Of a DNA stretch of 64,000 bases, positions 37,944-48,578 are shown piece by piece. The stretch is from positions 4,780-68,779 of the IMG/VR virus record IMGVR_UViG_3300015242_000024; one strand, written 5' to 3'. The position numbers and the translations under genes were made by a program. The notes under the pieces were generated by a model. The model was not told the origin of the DNA. It did not search any database and worked only from the letters and a program-made list of their open reading frames with translations. Source of the stretch: a virus. How positions within the stretch are numbered: the stretch's first letter is position 1; each line of letters opens with the position of its first letter.

Positions 37944-38339
37944 ATGGACCAAATCAAAACCACTAACGTTATTCAGGCACCTGAAGTTGTGCTTAATCCG
38001 GCCTTTTTCCTTCCGCCGGATGTTGTTGACGTGCGTGTGGGGGATACGTCAGACCCTACAGAAGAGGATGGCGTAACCTATGATGATGTTGTCGATGCCG
38101 ACGATGTTCTGGTAAATGATGATGGTACATCAACGGATGACGGAAGTACAGGAACTCCGAGCGTCCCAGAAGACGATGATGGGGAGGGAGCAGAAATGCT
38201 CCCTACTCCACAATGGATGAACATCATTGACCAGCAGGTACGAATTGCCCCTGACGGTAAGGCTGTCGTTGATGTTGTAATTGAGCTTGAAGATACTCCA
38301 GGCGCAACAGAATACGACGTGAGGATTACTAAGACATGA
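37944..38339 (+). CDS. acidic tail-associated protein
   Basis: D-rich 131 aa; synteny. Confidence 0.65.
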   Translation: MDQIKTTNVIQAPEVVLNPAFFLPPDVVDVRVGDTSDPTEEDGVTYDDVVDADDVLVNDDGTSTDDGSTGTPSVPEDDDGEGAEMLPTPQWMNIIDQQVRIAPDGKAVVDVVIELEDTPGATEYDVRITKT

Positions 38340-39232
38340 GAGGCATTTACCGTTTTTACCAGGATGGCAAGCTAATTAGCGAGCAAAAGAATCTTCTTAC
38401 CACTGAGGGTAAGAGGCTTATTTTGCGTTATCTCGCTGGGCAATCCCCATCATTGGGAGCAGCCATCGGTCTTGGCGTTTCCTCTGTAGCAGCAACAGTT
38501 AACGATGTCTCGCTTGGTTTTGAAATCAAGCGGGTTTCCGTTGACCTTAAGAACGCAGACTACACAAACAACGTTGTTCTTTTCAAGGGAACTATCGAGC
38601 AGGATGTTGTATTCAGCATTTATGAGGCGGGTTTGTGGAGTTCAGCAGCTAATAATCTCAGTGGTGAATTCGATTCACGCACATTGACTACCTTTGATAC
38701 AGACCTTGAGGACTGGACAAATGTAACTGTAGACACTACAGCAAATAGAACCAGTGAAGACGCTGTAAAGGTTAGCGCTGCAATCAGCTCAACAACTCAG
38801 ACTCGTCTAGATACTGATATGGATTTGTCAGGCTACTCAGCCAATGACACATTCTATCTTGCGTTCAGTAAGCCAAACAATAACATCTCAACAATCAAGA
38901 TGATTTTTGAAGACACCATTTCGAGTGGGTCTCTTTCCTTGACAAAGACAGTCTCAGCACTTCCAACAGGATATAATATCCTAGCCTTTAGAAAGGGAGA
39001 CTTCACTTCAACAGGAACAGTTAATTGGGATAATATTAATCGATTTGGATTCGATGTAACTGCTGGAGGAACGGCGGGTTACGTAATCCTTGATGGACTA
39101 AGAGTAGAAGACCTAGATACACCTAACCAGGATTTTGTATTGGTATCACACACAATTCTTGGCTCACCATTGGTAAAGACAAACACAGCTCCAATGGATG
39201 TCGAATATGCATTGGACTTTAACGTATCATGA
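38336..39232 (+). CDS. minor tail protein
   Basis: KNLLTTEG..IYEAGL pattern; synteny. Confidence 0.65.
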   Translation: MRGIYRFYQDGKLISEQKNLLTTEGKRLILRYLAGQSPSLGAAIGLGVSSVAATVNDVSLGFEIKRVSVDLKNADYTNNVVLFKGTIEQDVVFSIYEAGLWSSAANNLSGEFDSRTLTTFDTDLEDWTNVTVDTTANRTSEDAVKVSAAISSTTQTRLDTDMDLSGYSANDTFYLAFSKPNNNISTIKMIFEDTISSGSLSLTKTVSALPTGYNILAFRKGDFTSTGTVNWDNINRFGFDVTAGGTAGYVILDGLRVEDLDTPNQDFVLVSHTILGSPLVKTNTAPMDVEYALDFNVS

Positions 39233-42200
39233 CCCGAATCCTTCTAAGAGACCTTGAACCAGGAAGACTCTACCACCTACAGGCAAGAGCTACCAATGGA
39301 GAGCAGACTTCTCAGTGGTCCCAGCTTTGGGACCTTCAGACAACTAGCGACATTATGCCACCAGCCGCACCAACCGGTCTAACATGGACTGTTGAAGGTA
39401 CGGCTTTTAAGGCTGTCTGGACTGGCCCAACAACAAATAACGATGGCACCCCTCTAAAGGATTTCAAGGATTTCCAGGTCAAGGTTTACTCACCTGCGAA
39501 CACTGGAATCGTTGCCACCTACTACACGACTTCAGCCCGTTTCGATTTCCCATTTGAGCTTAACGTAAATGCTCTGGGAACTCCTCGTGCACAAGTAACT
39601 ATTGAGGTTAAGGCAAGAGACAATACAGGAAATCTTTCAACATCTGCAACACTTACAGTAGCGAATCCAGCGCCTGCAAATGTCGCCGGGTTTACAGCAA
39701 CAGGTGTCACAGATGCTATTGCCTTGAAGTGGGACCAGAACGCTGACACAGACCTTAAGTATTACCAGGTCTATCAGGGAACTGTGTCTGGCTCAGAGAA
39801 TACCCTAGTCTATACAGGACTAGGAAATTCTTATGTATTCAATACATTGTCTACGAATCCACAGTATTTCAAGATTCTCGCAGTAGATGTATTCAATACC
39901 CCTTCTGCATCGGCATCCACAGCAAATGCTACAGCAAGAAGTTCTCTTGGCGTAGATACAACCGCCCCAGCCGCACCAACCGGTGTCACGGTTACTTCGG
40001 CTGTTGATACTTCTGATGCTTCTGGTGGACGAGCTTACATTGATGTCTCATGGACTGGTGTAGCTGATACTGACCTTCAGTATTACAGCGTTCGATACAG
40101 CACAGCAACAGCTTGGGAATACATCAATGTTCCTGAAGGCGTTACGACTGCGCGAATTAATGGTCTCCGCCCAAATACAGCATATAACGTTGCGGTTTCT
40201 GCGGTAGACTTCCAGGGTAATTCAAGTGCATACACGAACGCCGGAACTTATCCAATTACTACAGCCAAGGATACTACGGCTCCTGCTGCTCCCACTGGAG
40301 TAACGGTTGGTCCTGGTGTCACGACAATGACTGTCTACTGGACCGAGAACACCGAAAATGACGTAAAGAATGGTGTCGGTACGTATGAGGTTCAGATTGA
40401 CACAGCTAACACATTCAATACCGGAAACCTGCTGACAAAGCAGACTGGTGGAACTATTGTTGCATTCTCCAATCTTACCTCTAATACGACTTACTACACG
40501 CGCGTGCGCGCTGTAGACGCAACAGGAAATGTCGGCTCTTATTCTTCCATTGTTTCTGGTGTTCCTCGCTATATTGCTAATGGTGATATTCAGGCAGGAA
40601 CTATCAATGGTGACCGCATTACCGCAGCTACAATTAATGGTGACCGAGTAATCGCTAACAGCCTTGATGCAAATACCATCAAGGCTAATTCGACGTTCTC
40701 ACAGAACCTCACAGTTGGTTCTACCTTCACCATGAACGCTAGCGGTATTATGCAGAGCAGCAATTATTCGGCTGGTGTCGCAGGATGGCGTCTTTCTAAT
40801 ACAACCCTTGAGATTAACCAAGGTACTATCAAGGCAGCAGCTCTACAGCTTCAGAACGGGCATAACATGCTCCATCCTGCCTTTGCCGACTTTGAGTTTG
40901 TTCCATCATGGTACACATCAAACCTAATCGTATTCAACGATGGTGGTGTGTCTACATGGGCTATCTCAGATGCAGTAGATGTTATTGGAAAGTACAATGG
41001 ACAGTGCATCAAGACTTCATGGACTGGTGTTGGAACATTCTCAAGAACTTACCTTGGCCCTTCATTCACTGGATATAATGTCCAGCTTGAGGCAAATACA
41101 GATTACATCTTCTCTGGTTGGGTCTATGTAAAGACTGGCGCTGGTGCAAAGACAGCAGCTCTTGGAATCAAGCTTGCCGATGCCTCATTCCCTGGTCCAG
41201 TAGGAAATACTTCAATTCCTGCTACATCGACCTGGACTAGAATTTGGGGAACGTTCAATTCTGGAACTCAGACAAGTGCAGTTCTTTATCTTTCACAGTA
41301 TACCTCAGGAGATATGTACTGGGATGGTCTACAGCTTGAAAAGAAGATTACTGCGGACACCGTACCTTCTCAGTGGAAGCCACCCGGTTCTACCTCAATT
41401 GATGGTGGCATCATCCGCACGGGTCAGATTCAGTCTACCGCCTCAGCTAATGGCTTGGGTGGTCAGCCAGCATGGTCTATTAACATGGCGGGTAACGCAC
41501 AATTTGGTGATGCGCTTGTGCGTGGGCGTCTCGTTGTTGGTGACCCAAGCAACCCATCAGCAGATGGTGTAAACAGTCGAATCCACTCAGCGAATTATTC
41601 GGCGGGTACGGCTGGATGGACAATTCGTAATGATGGATATGCAGAATTCCGTCAGCTAGCAGTTAACTCCATTAAGGTTACTGCATTTGACTCTCCATTC
41701 CAGCAGTCAGCGAATGCCAAGATGTTCGACTACATGCAGGACTCCACACTTTGGTTGACATACGGTTCTGTTCTTCAGAAGACCGACCCTGGTGCTTACT
41801 CTGCTGAATCACTATTCGAATTCACTGGACCAGGACTTGTATTCCGTAACGGTACTGGTGTTAAGCAGGTAGCTTACGACCCAACGATTCTTTACAGGAT
41901 TTCAGCTCGTGTCCGTGCATACGACGTTGCTACGATTAACACAAACGCCGGGTTTGAAACAAATACCACGGGTTGGTTCGCTTATGGTTCAAACTCTATT
42001 ACAAGAGATACTACAAAGCATTATGCTGGTGTAGCCTCTGTTAGATGGGACCAGGTAGGTACCTCTGTTGGTGTCTATGGAATGGGAACCGTTGTGAACG
42101 TCAAGGAAGGGTACACGTATACCTTTGGTGCTCGTGTACTTCCTAACAGCACAGTAATCCGTGACAACCTTAAGATGAATATCGTTTGGAAGAACTCTGG

Positions 42201-45200
42201 TGGAACGACTATTTCCACTACATTCAACGATATGGCCCCTCCTGTAGATGGTAGTGGTGTAGCAATTCCTATCGACGGAATTACTTGGATTCCATTCTCT
42301 TCACAGGGAACTGCACCCATTGGTGCGGTAACAGCATCCTTCGAAATTCAGGCGGGTATCACTGGAACTCAGACTACTGGAATTCAGGGATGGTTCGATG
42401 AAGTAACAATCACAACCCCACCTAGAATTAAGATGGGTCTGTTTGGTATGGACAATGCTAATTACATTATCGACTATGATTATGTCGATGTTGCTACTAC
42501 GCCCACCAAGCGTCACATCATGCCTACTGACTATAGCCTTCTTTCAACGTATACAGCCTCTCAGTATATGATGGGTGCGAATAATCTTGAAATGCCTACA
42601 GCTTCTCCGGGTTCTTCTGGAACTACTGCTGACTGGATTACCATTACTGGTTACATCAAGGGTCGTGGTGGTAATGGAGCAACAGGTAAGTTCGGTACCG
42701 CTGGACAGTACCTTGACCCATACACTCCAGCTTCCTTTAACCAGGAAGTTCGATACATGGTCCCTTACGTTGAGTTCGATGTTGCTACTGGTTCTATCGC
42801 TCAGCTTGACCAGTTCTCTATTGAGGCTTATGACTCTGGTGCCCCTGCAAAGGTGGACACTACTGGTAATTCACAGAGTGTAAAGTCTGTGTCTATTGAG
42901 AATATTCAGGATGGTACAGAGTTTGACCATGCAGTGAGATTCTGGACTGGAGAGGTTGACGAAAAGAAGCCGGGTATGATTGGACATATCACTGATGGTG
43001 ATAGCAATGATGCCGGACACCTTCGAATCATTCCACCACTACTCAACTCTTTGAGTGACTACAATGCTGGACCATACATTGGTATCTGGGACCAGAATCC
43101 AAACTACCTATACGATGCTTCATTCCAGTCTGGAATTAGTGGTTGGACAGGAATGGCGAATACAACCCTATCCTGGAATCAGACAACTGGACGAGAAGAT
43201 GACACATCACTTCAGATTCAGGCTGTTGGAACAATTTCCAGCCCATCTACCACAGAGCTTCTAGGTAAGTATCAGGTCTCAGTTCTTGGTAATCAGGAAT
43301 TGGTTGGACAGATGATTACTGTTTCTGGTTATGCAATGATGGGAACTGCTACTGGTCGAGATGTTCGATTGGTTGTTAAGTTCCTTGATGAAGCAGGTGC
43401 AATGATTAGTGGATACTTCGTATCAAAGTCTATTACCAATACTGGTTGGACTTACTATGCATTCGTAACTCCAGTCGTTACACCAGATACATGCTATACA
43501 ATTGAATTCTCATTCTCTTGGTTCAATGGTGCCACTGGTGACATTGTCCTTATTGAAGATGTCCAGCTTGAGGCTAATAACCAGAAGACAGATTTCCGTT
43601 CTGGTTCTGCAAGCAGGATTGAATTGAATGCTGAAACAATTCGTGCACGTGGTGCTGTAATTTCGGCGGATTCTGACTTTATTCTTCCATCTGGTCTTGT
43701 GGGAGCTAGCGGAAAGCCAGACGCTCCATACTACAAGGGATTCGTTGCTCAGTCTCAGGCGGGTACAGCAGCTTGGAGAATGATTGACTACACTGACTCT
43801 AGTGGTCAGCGTGCTTCTGCATGGATGACATTCTGGGGTCCTGATGCTGATGAGCAACAGTCTATTCGACTTTACGGTTTGAACGATGCTTCATTCCCTG
43901 GCCAGACTGCTATCACTGGTCCAGACGGAGCATTCGCTATTGCTACAAAGCCTAATCCGGACTCATCAGTCACTACAATGGATACCCGCATTTATGGAAA
44001 TCTTATTACTGATGGAGATATGGTTTGGACAAGGCCAACGCTTACCAACATCACTGAGTTTGACACCAACCGTGCCATTGCTTATGCAAAGAATCACGGA
44101 AGGGTTTATCTAAGAGGCGCTGGTTCAGCACTTGGTGCAGTCGGTAGCACACTGTTCACGCTTCCGGCGGGTTATCGCCCACCATCATTCTACTACGTAA
44201 CTGGTACCTGTTGGAATGGTACTACAACCTCTGGTGTTATGACGCTTCAGATTCAGCCAACTGGTCCAGTTATCATTTATGCTGGTCCTGTAATGAATAA
44301 CATTTCCTTTGATATGATTTCATTCCCAATCAATGCTGTAACAACTGCATCTACTCCGGGAACTGATACTACTGCTCCTGGAACACCTTCCAGTTTCGCA
44401 ATTTCTGCGGTATCTTCTGGTACCTCAACAGGTTCATACAAGCTTTCTTGGACGAACCCAAGCGCATCTGATACGAAGGGTGTCAAGATTATCTGGAGGT
44501 CTGACCGTTACCCAACAGTTACCATTGCATCTTCTGGCGTCAAGACCTTGACAACTGATGGTACAGTGCTTAACGTAACTGGTACTGCTTCACAGGCAAA
44601 GACCTACACGCACTCTGGTCTTCCAGTCAACAAGACAATTTACTATCGCGTGGTTTCTTACGATGCGACAGGCAACCACTCAACATATGTAAGCGCGTCA
44701 CGCTATTTGCTAGCTAGCCCAGTGAGCATTTCTCCATCTAGCTCTGGCTCATACCGTCTAGGCTACGGCGGTATGTGGAGAAACGATGGTGACGAGGTCT
44801 ATCAGGGTGACTGGACAGGAAATGACAACCATAGAGGATTGTATTTCTATGGGGCTAATATCTATTCAAAGCTATCAACAGGTGGCGTTGTTAGAACTCC
44901 AACAAAGGTGACTATCTATCTGAAGAGACTTTCAACTTCTCACGGTAATAACGCCGGGGTTGGAATCAATCTTCGTGGACACCTTTACCAGAGCAAGCCA
45001 TCCGGTGACCCTGTAGGTGGAATGACCAATGAAGGTTCAGACGGTGATGATATCGTATTCTTGAGTCGTGGTGAGGCAGCGACCGTAACGGTTCCATCAT
45101 CATGGTACAATAACATCGTAGACGCTACCTCAGCAAACCGTATTGAAGGATTCGGTGTCTATGGTAGCACAACCTCAGATTATGCAGTTCTGTACGGCAA

Positions 45201-45249
45201 GAGCAGCAGCTCTTCTTACGGAAAGCTAACAATCTATCACAAGGGTTGA
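39229..45249 (+). CDS. large tail fibre/receptor-binding protein (FN3 repeats, CBM-like domains)
   Basis: 2006 aa; repeated DTTAPAAPTG FN3 starts; NAGFETNTTGW and WDGLQLE CBM4/9-like motifs; FTLPAGYRP. Confidence 0.8.
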   Translation: MTRILLRDLEPGRLYHLQARATNGEQTSQWSQLWDLQTTSDIMPPAAPTGLTWTVEGTAFKAVWTGPTTNNDGTPLKDFKDFQVKVYSPANTGIVATYYTTSARFDFPFELNVNALGTPRAQVTIEVKARDNTGNLSTSATLTVANPAPANVAGFTATGVTDAIALKWDQNADTDLKYYQVYQGTVSGSENTLVYTGLGNSYVFNTLSTNPQYFKILAVDVFNTPSASASTANATARSSLGVDTTAPAAPTGVTVTSAVDTSDASGGRAYIDVSWTGVADTDLQYYSVRYSTATAWEYINVPEGVTTARINGLRPNTAYNVAVSAVDFQGNSSAYTNAGTYPITTAKDTTAPAAPTGVTVGPGVTTMTVYWTENTENDVKNGVGTYEVQIDTANTFNTGNLLTKQTGGTIVAFSNLTSNTTYYTRVRAVDATGNVGSYSSIVSGVPRYIANGDIQAGTINGDRITAATINGDRVIANSLDANTIKANSTFSQNLTVGSTFTMNASGIMQSSNYSAGVAGWRLSNTTLEINQGTIKAAALQLQNGHNMLHPAFADFEFVPSWYTSNLIVFNDGGVSTWAISDAVDVIGKYNGQCIKTSWTGVGTFSRTYLGPSFTGYNVQLEANTDYIFSGWVYVKTGAGAKTAALGIKLADASFPGPVGNTSIPATSTWTRIWGTFNSGTQTSAVLYLSQYTSGDMYWDGLQLEKKITADTVPSQWKPPGSTSIDGGIIRTGQIQSTASANGLGGQPAWSINMAGNAQFGDALVRGRLVVGDPSNPSADGVNSRIHSANYSAGTAGWTIRNDGYAEFRQLAVNSIKVTAFDSPFQQSANAKMFDYMQDSTLWLTYGSVLQKTDPGAYSAESLFEFTGPGLVFRNGTGVKQVAYDPTILYRISARVRAYDVATINTNAGFETNTTGWFAYGSNSITRDTTKHYAGVASVRWDQVGTSVGVYGMGTVVNVKEGYTYTFGARVLPNSTVIRDNLKMNIVWKNSGGTTISTTFNDMAPPVDGSGVAIPIDGITWIPFSSQGTAPIGAVTASFEIQAGITGTQTTGIQGWFDEVTITTPPRIKMGLFGMDNANYIIDYDYVDVATTPTKRHIMPTDYSLLSTYTASQYMMGANNLEMPTASPGSSGTTADWITITGYIKGRGGNGATGKFGTAGQYLDPYTPASFNQEVRYMVPYVEFDVATGSIAQLDQFSIEAYDSGAPAKVDTTGNSQSVKSVSIENIQDGTEFDHAVRFWTGEVDEKKPGMIGHITDGDSNDAGHLRIIPPLLNSLSDYNAGPYIGIWDQNPNYLYDASFQSGISGWTGMANTTLSWNQTTGREDDTSLQIQAVGTISSPSTTELLGKYQVSVLGNQELVGQMITVSGYAMMGTATGRDVRLVVKFLDEAGAMISGYFVSKSITNTGWTYYAFVTPVVTPDTCYTIEFSFSWFNGATGDIVLIEDVQLEANNQKTDFRSGSASRIELNAETIRARGAVISADSDFILPSGLVGASGKPDAPYYKGFVAQSQAGTAAWRMIDYTDSSGQRASAWMTFWGPDADEQQSIRLYGLNDASFPGQTAITGPDGAFAIATKPNPDSSVTTMDTRIYGNLITDGDMVWTRPTLTNITEFDTNRAIAYAKNHGRVYLRGAGSALGAVGSTLFTLPAGYRPPSFYYVTGTCWNGTTTSGVMTLQIQPTGPVIIYAGPVMNNISFDMISFPINAVTTASTPGTDTTAPGTPSSFAISAVSSGTSTGSYKLSWTNPSASDTKGVKIIWRSDRYPTVTIASSGVKTLTTDGTVLNVTGTASQAKTYTHSGLPVNKTIYYRVVSYDATGNHSTYVSASRYLLASPVSISPSSSGSYRLGYGGMWRNDGDEVYQGDWTGNDNHRGLYFYGANIYSKLSTGGVVRTPTKVTIYLKRLSTSHGNNAGVGINLRGHLYQSKPSGDPVGGMTNEGSDGDDIVFLSRGEAATVTVPSSWYNNIVDATSANRIEGFGVYGSTTSDYAVLYGKSSSSSYGKLTIYHKG

Positions 45250-45306
45250 CAGACCCCAGTGGTCTGTGGTTATAATATTAAAGAGAGAAAGAAGTTAAAA
45301 GAATTT

Positions 45307-45525
45307 ATGAATAACACTAAGAAGTTGGAACTAACTATTACTGCTCTTAAGCAGAGTCTTGCAGCAAAGGTAGCGGACTATGAAGAGCAGCTAGCCAGCA
45401 TTCGAGCAGAGGCATCCTTGCTCCTAGAGGAGCAGGCAGAGAAGATTACTGAGCTACAGACTCAGATTGAATCTGCTAAGGAGGTTCCAGCGGAAGATGT
45501 GGCCGTTTCGTCGCAAGACGCCTGA
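45307..45525 (+). CDS. coiled-coil hypothetical protein
   Basis: Heptad pattern; likely ATG 45307. Confidence 0.65.
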   Translation: MNNTKKLELTITALKQSLAAKVADYEEQLASIRAEASLLLEEQAEKITELQTQIESAKEVPAEDVAVSSQDA

Positions 45526-45904
45526 ACTGCCACCCATTCCAACTACTCGAACTGATTACCCGTATGGCCTCTTTGTCATTACTGAGGCCGGGTTTTTCAT
45601 GATTCGTGAGAATGGGAGGTATCGCGTCAAGACTCAAAGAGCAATGGTGAGCTGGAGTGCACCAATTGTCCAGAGCACAGAAGCAGCAATTAAGCACTTG
45701 AAGATTGTAGGAACCATGGGTTTTCGCGATGGTGCCCTCATTCAGAATATCTCTGATTCAAAGACTTACCTGATTTCAAAGAATAGGAAGCGTCATATCC
45801 AATCTCCAGATGTTTATGATAAGTACGGTTTGAATCGGGATTTGATTATTGTTGTTTCCCAAGAGGAAGCAAATCTACACATGGATGGGGAGGTGCTAAT
45901 TTAA
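45497..45904 (+). CDS. hypothetical protein
   Basis: ATG 45497 within ORF 45467..45904. Confidence 0.7.
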   Translation: MWPFRRKTPELPPIPTTRTDYPYGLFVITEAGFFMIRENGRYRVKTQRAMVSWSAPIVQSTEAAIKHLKIVGTMGFRDGALIQNISDSKTYLISKNRKRHIQSPDVYDKYGLNRDLIIVVSQEEANLHMDGEVLI

Positions 45905-46345
45905 TTGGCTGTTTCAAGTTTTAAGGATGTTAATTGGGGTGCCAATGAGTATCTAGCAACTGACAAGTTGATGACTATGGTCAACAATACTCGTTACCTC
46001 TTTGAGCGGGCTCCGAAGTTGTATTACAACTCGTATTCGCTGAAGAAGGATAGCGGTATTAAGATTGCCTGTGGTACAGCTACAATTGCTCCGGGAAAGG
46101 CTCACTACTACACAAAGAACATTATGTTTGGTTCTTTCTTTACAGTTGGGTCTAAGCCAGTAATTGTTACAAGCGTTACCTCTCCATATAACCGAAGAAT
46201 GATTCTTTCGCATTGGGGAATTCAAGGTACTGGATATGTTCCAGACCATAGAGGCTTTACCGTATGTGCAGCTACGGCTACACTAGAGAAGTCTCACTAC
46301 TTGTCTAAGCAGATTTACATCAACTGGATTGCGATGGGATACTAA
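45905..46345 (+). CDS. H-type-lectin-like fibre tip protein (putative)
   Basis: F...F...PVIV...GFTV...INWIAMG pattern. Confidence 0.55.
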   Translation: MAVSSFKDVNWGANEYLATDKLMTMVNNTRYLFERAPKLYYNSYSLKKDSGIKIACGTATIAPGKAHYYTKNIMFGSFFTVGSKPVIVTSVTSPYNRRMILSHWGIQGTGYVPDHRGFTVCAATATLEKSHYLSKQIYINWIAMGY

Positions 46346-46363
46346 TTGGAAGGAGGCGTGTCT

Positions 46364-46645
46364 ATGAGGTACATTCCACTACAGAAGTGGCATAGACGCG
46401 ACCGACGCCTTAACCCTAATGGATACATTCTGGTCTGGGTACCAGAGCATCCAAAGAGTTTTTCGGGCGGGTGGTATTACGAACATAGACTTGCAGCCGA
46501 GAAGGGTGTAGGAAGAATCCTGAAGTCTTGGGAGACGGTACATCATATCTCTGGAGATAAGACGGATAATTCATGGTGGAACTTGTTCGTATGCACGCGC
46601 AAGGAGCATGACCGTGCTGATAGATTGACACTGAAAGTAGCCTGA
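46364..46645 (+). CDS. HNH endonuclease
   Basis: YEHRL...VHHISGDKTDNSWWNL..EH. Confidence 0.8.
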   Translation: MRYIPLQKWHRRDRRLNPNGYILVWVPEHPKSFSGGWYYEHRLAAEKGVGRILKSWETVHHISGDKTDNSWWNLFVCTRKEHDRADRLTLKVA

Positions 46646-46659
46646 GTTATACTGAGATA

Positions 46660-47310
46660 ATGAAGAAGGCGCTTATCGCGATAGGACTGGCGCTGCTGGT
46701 CCTATTCGCATTTCCGAGTAGTGCTCAAGCCCAAGAGTGTGAATCTTCCACTTTGGGTCAAATCTGTGTCAGTCTATCAGGTAACGATGTTGTTGTAACC
46801 CTTCTTGGTCAGGAGCTAGTAAGAATTCCTGCTCCAATTAAGGAAGTCAGAATTCAGGTTCCAGGACCGACCGTTACGATTCAGGGTCCAACAATCAGAG
46901 TGCCTGTTCCTGGTCCAACAAGAACTGTTGAGGTTCCTGGTGTAGGTGTTCCAGGGCCAACCGTTACGGTCACAGTTCGTCCAGGTGGACAGAACCGGGC
47001 TCCAGGTGTTACAGTAGAACCATCAAGCTCTTCAACAAAAACCGGCGGGGCGCGAACAGTGTCTCCTACAATCACAGAGAACGTGACTGCTACTCCTGCT
47101 GCAAAGGTACGGGTAGAAGAAAAGGAAGTGCGAGTCAGTGTCCCCCAAGCAATTGGATTCTCCATTGGCGTATTTTTGCTGGGTGTAATCCTAGGTCTCC
47201 TAGCTATCTTTGCTGCTTACACTGTAGGGTACAAGAACTCAGAGCAGTCAGAACTGAAGACTTGGGAAGCTTTCCGCAACGAAATTCTCGGCGGAACACG
47301 TAAGCATTGA
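46660..47310 (+). CDS. secreted, membrane-anchored Pro/Thr/Val-rich protein
   Basis: Signal peptide, VPGPT repeats, C-terminal TM. Confidence 0.75.
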   Translation: MKKALIAIGLALLVLFAFPSSAQAQECESSTLGQICVSLSGNDVVVTLLGQELVRIPAPIKEVRIQVPGPTVTIQGPTIRVPVPGPTRTVEVPGVGVPGPTVTVTVRPGGQNRAPGVTVEPSSSSTKTGGARTVSPTITENVTATPAAKVRVEEKEVRVSVPQAIGFSIGVFLLGVILGLLAIFAAYTVGYKNSEQSELKTWEAFRNEILGGTRKH

Positions 47311-47329
47311 CTATTTGGAGGTGATGCAA

Positions 47330-48169
47330 ATGAGCGACCCTAACATGATTAAATGGGCGTTTGTTTGAGTAGGCGACTTGCAGATTCCTTATCATGATAA
47401 GAGGGCACTCGCACTTTTCATGAAGGCTATGAAGTCTTGGAAGCCTGACGCAATGGACATTACTGGTGATATTGATGACCAGCTAGAGTACAGTTCATTC
47501 TCAGATGGAACTACAGATGAATTCTTCAATCAGCTAAAGAAAGAGAAGCAGGCAGAAGGCGAGTCGGACGAAGAGTTTCGTCGTAGGCTTTCCCCTCTTC
47601 CCTTTGTGAAGGAGAATGCTCTAGGAGCACGAGCGTTTTATACAGACCTTAGAAGCAATCATAAGAATTGCGATATCCATGTAAGTCTAGGAAATCATGA
47701 TATTCGGATTTTCAAGTATATGGATAAGAAGGCTCCTGGATATATTGACGAGATTACACCAAATATGCTGTGGGGTTTGGATGACCTAGGAATTTCCTGG
47801 AGACTCTATGACCTTCCTCCGATGGAAAGATTCGGCGGGATTCATGTACATCATGGAGCGACGACAACAACGACTGGTCTAGCCGTAAAGGCAGACATCG
47901 ACAACTACAATATCTCGCTCGCACGTGGTCATGACCATAGAGGCGGTGTAGTATTTAAGTCTTACCCTATGACTGGTGCAACGCTAGTTGGTCTAGGCAC
48001 TGGACATATGTGTGACCCGAATGCCTACGGGCTAAGGTACACAATCAACCCTTCATGGGAACTTGGATTCGGAATTGGGCATGTCGTAAATGGCATTGCT
48101 CGACTCCAATTCGTTCCTATCACTCCTGATTACACTTGTGTAGTCGATGGAAAGATTTTCCAGGGCTGA
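47330..48169 (+). CDS. calcineurin-like metallophosphoesterase with in-frame TGA at 47366-47368
   Basis: GDLQ, GDIDD, GNHD, HHG and GHDH motifs; GGAGGTG RBS precedes 47324/47330; the first motif is interrupted. Confidence 0.75.
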
Positions 48170-48233
48170 TTGCGCTTAGGAAGGCAAGCCTGCTATAATG
48201 GGCGTAGATGAATGTAAAGGAGGTATAACCTAT

Positions 48234-48578
48234 ATGGCTTATGCCAAGTCTCTATTTGCAGTTCTAGCCACCGTGGTTACTGCAATTGTTGCTGCTATGA
48301 CAGACAACGTTGTTAGTAACGTAGAGTGGATTAACGTAGGAATTGCTGCTGCTGGTGCTGCTGCTGTTTTTGCAGCCCCTAACGTTCCAGGTTCACGTTA
48401 CACAAAGGCAGTTCTTGCTGTTATCACTACAGTTCTGACTTTCTTCGTAACCGCTGTAACGGATGGCGTTTCAACTGCTGAGTTGCTTCAGGTTCTTGTT
48501 ATTGCGCTCGGTGCTGTTGGTGTTTATGCTGTGCCTAACAAGCCAGCCAACACGATTGGCGCACCTGGTGTACTGTAA
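48234..48578 (+). CDS. holin (putative)
   Basis: Internally duplicated two-TM unit ending VFAAPN/VYAVPN; AAGGAGGT RBS. Confidence 0.7.
   Translation: MAYAKSLFAVLATVVTAIVAAMTDNVVSNVEWINVGIAAAGAAAVFAAPNVPGSRYTKAVLAVITTVLTFFVTAVTDGVSTAELLQVLVIALGAVGVYAVPNKPANTIGAPGVL

Noticed and set aside
47366-47368. Genome-wide UGA reassignment or selenocysteine
   Set aside because: TGA ends many genes normally in this window, and I saw no suppressor or Sec tRNA and no SECIS-like hairpin.
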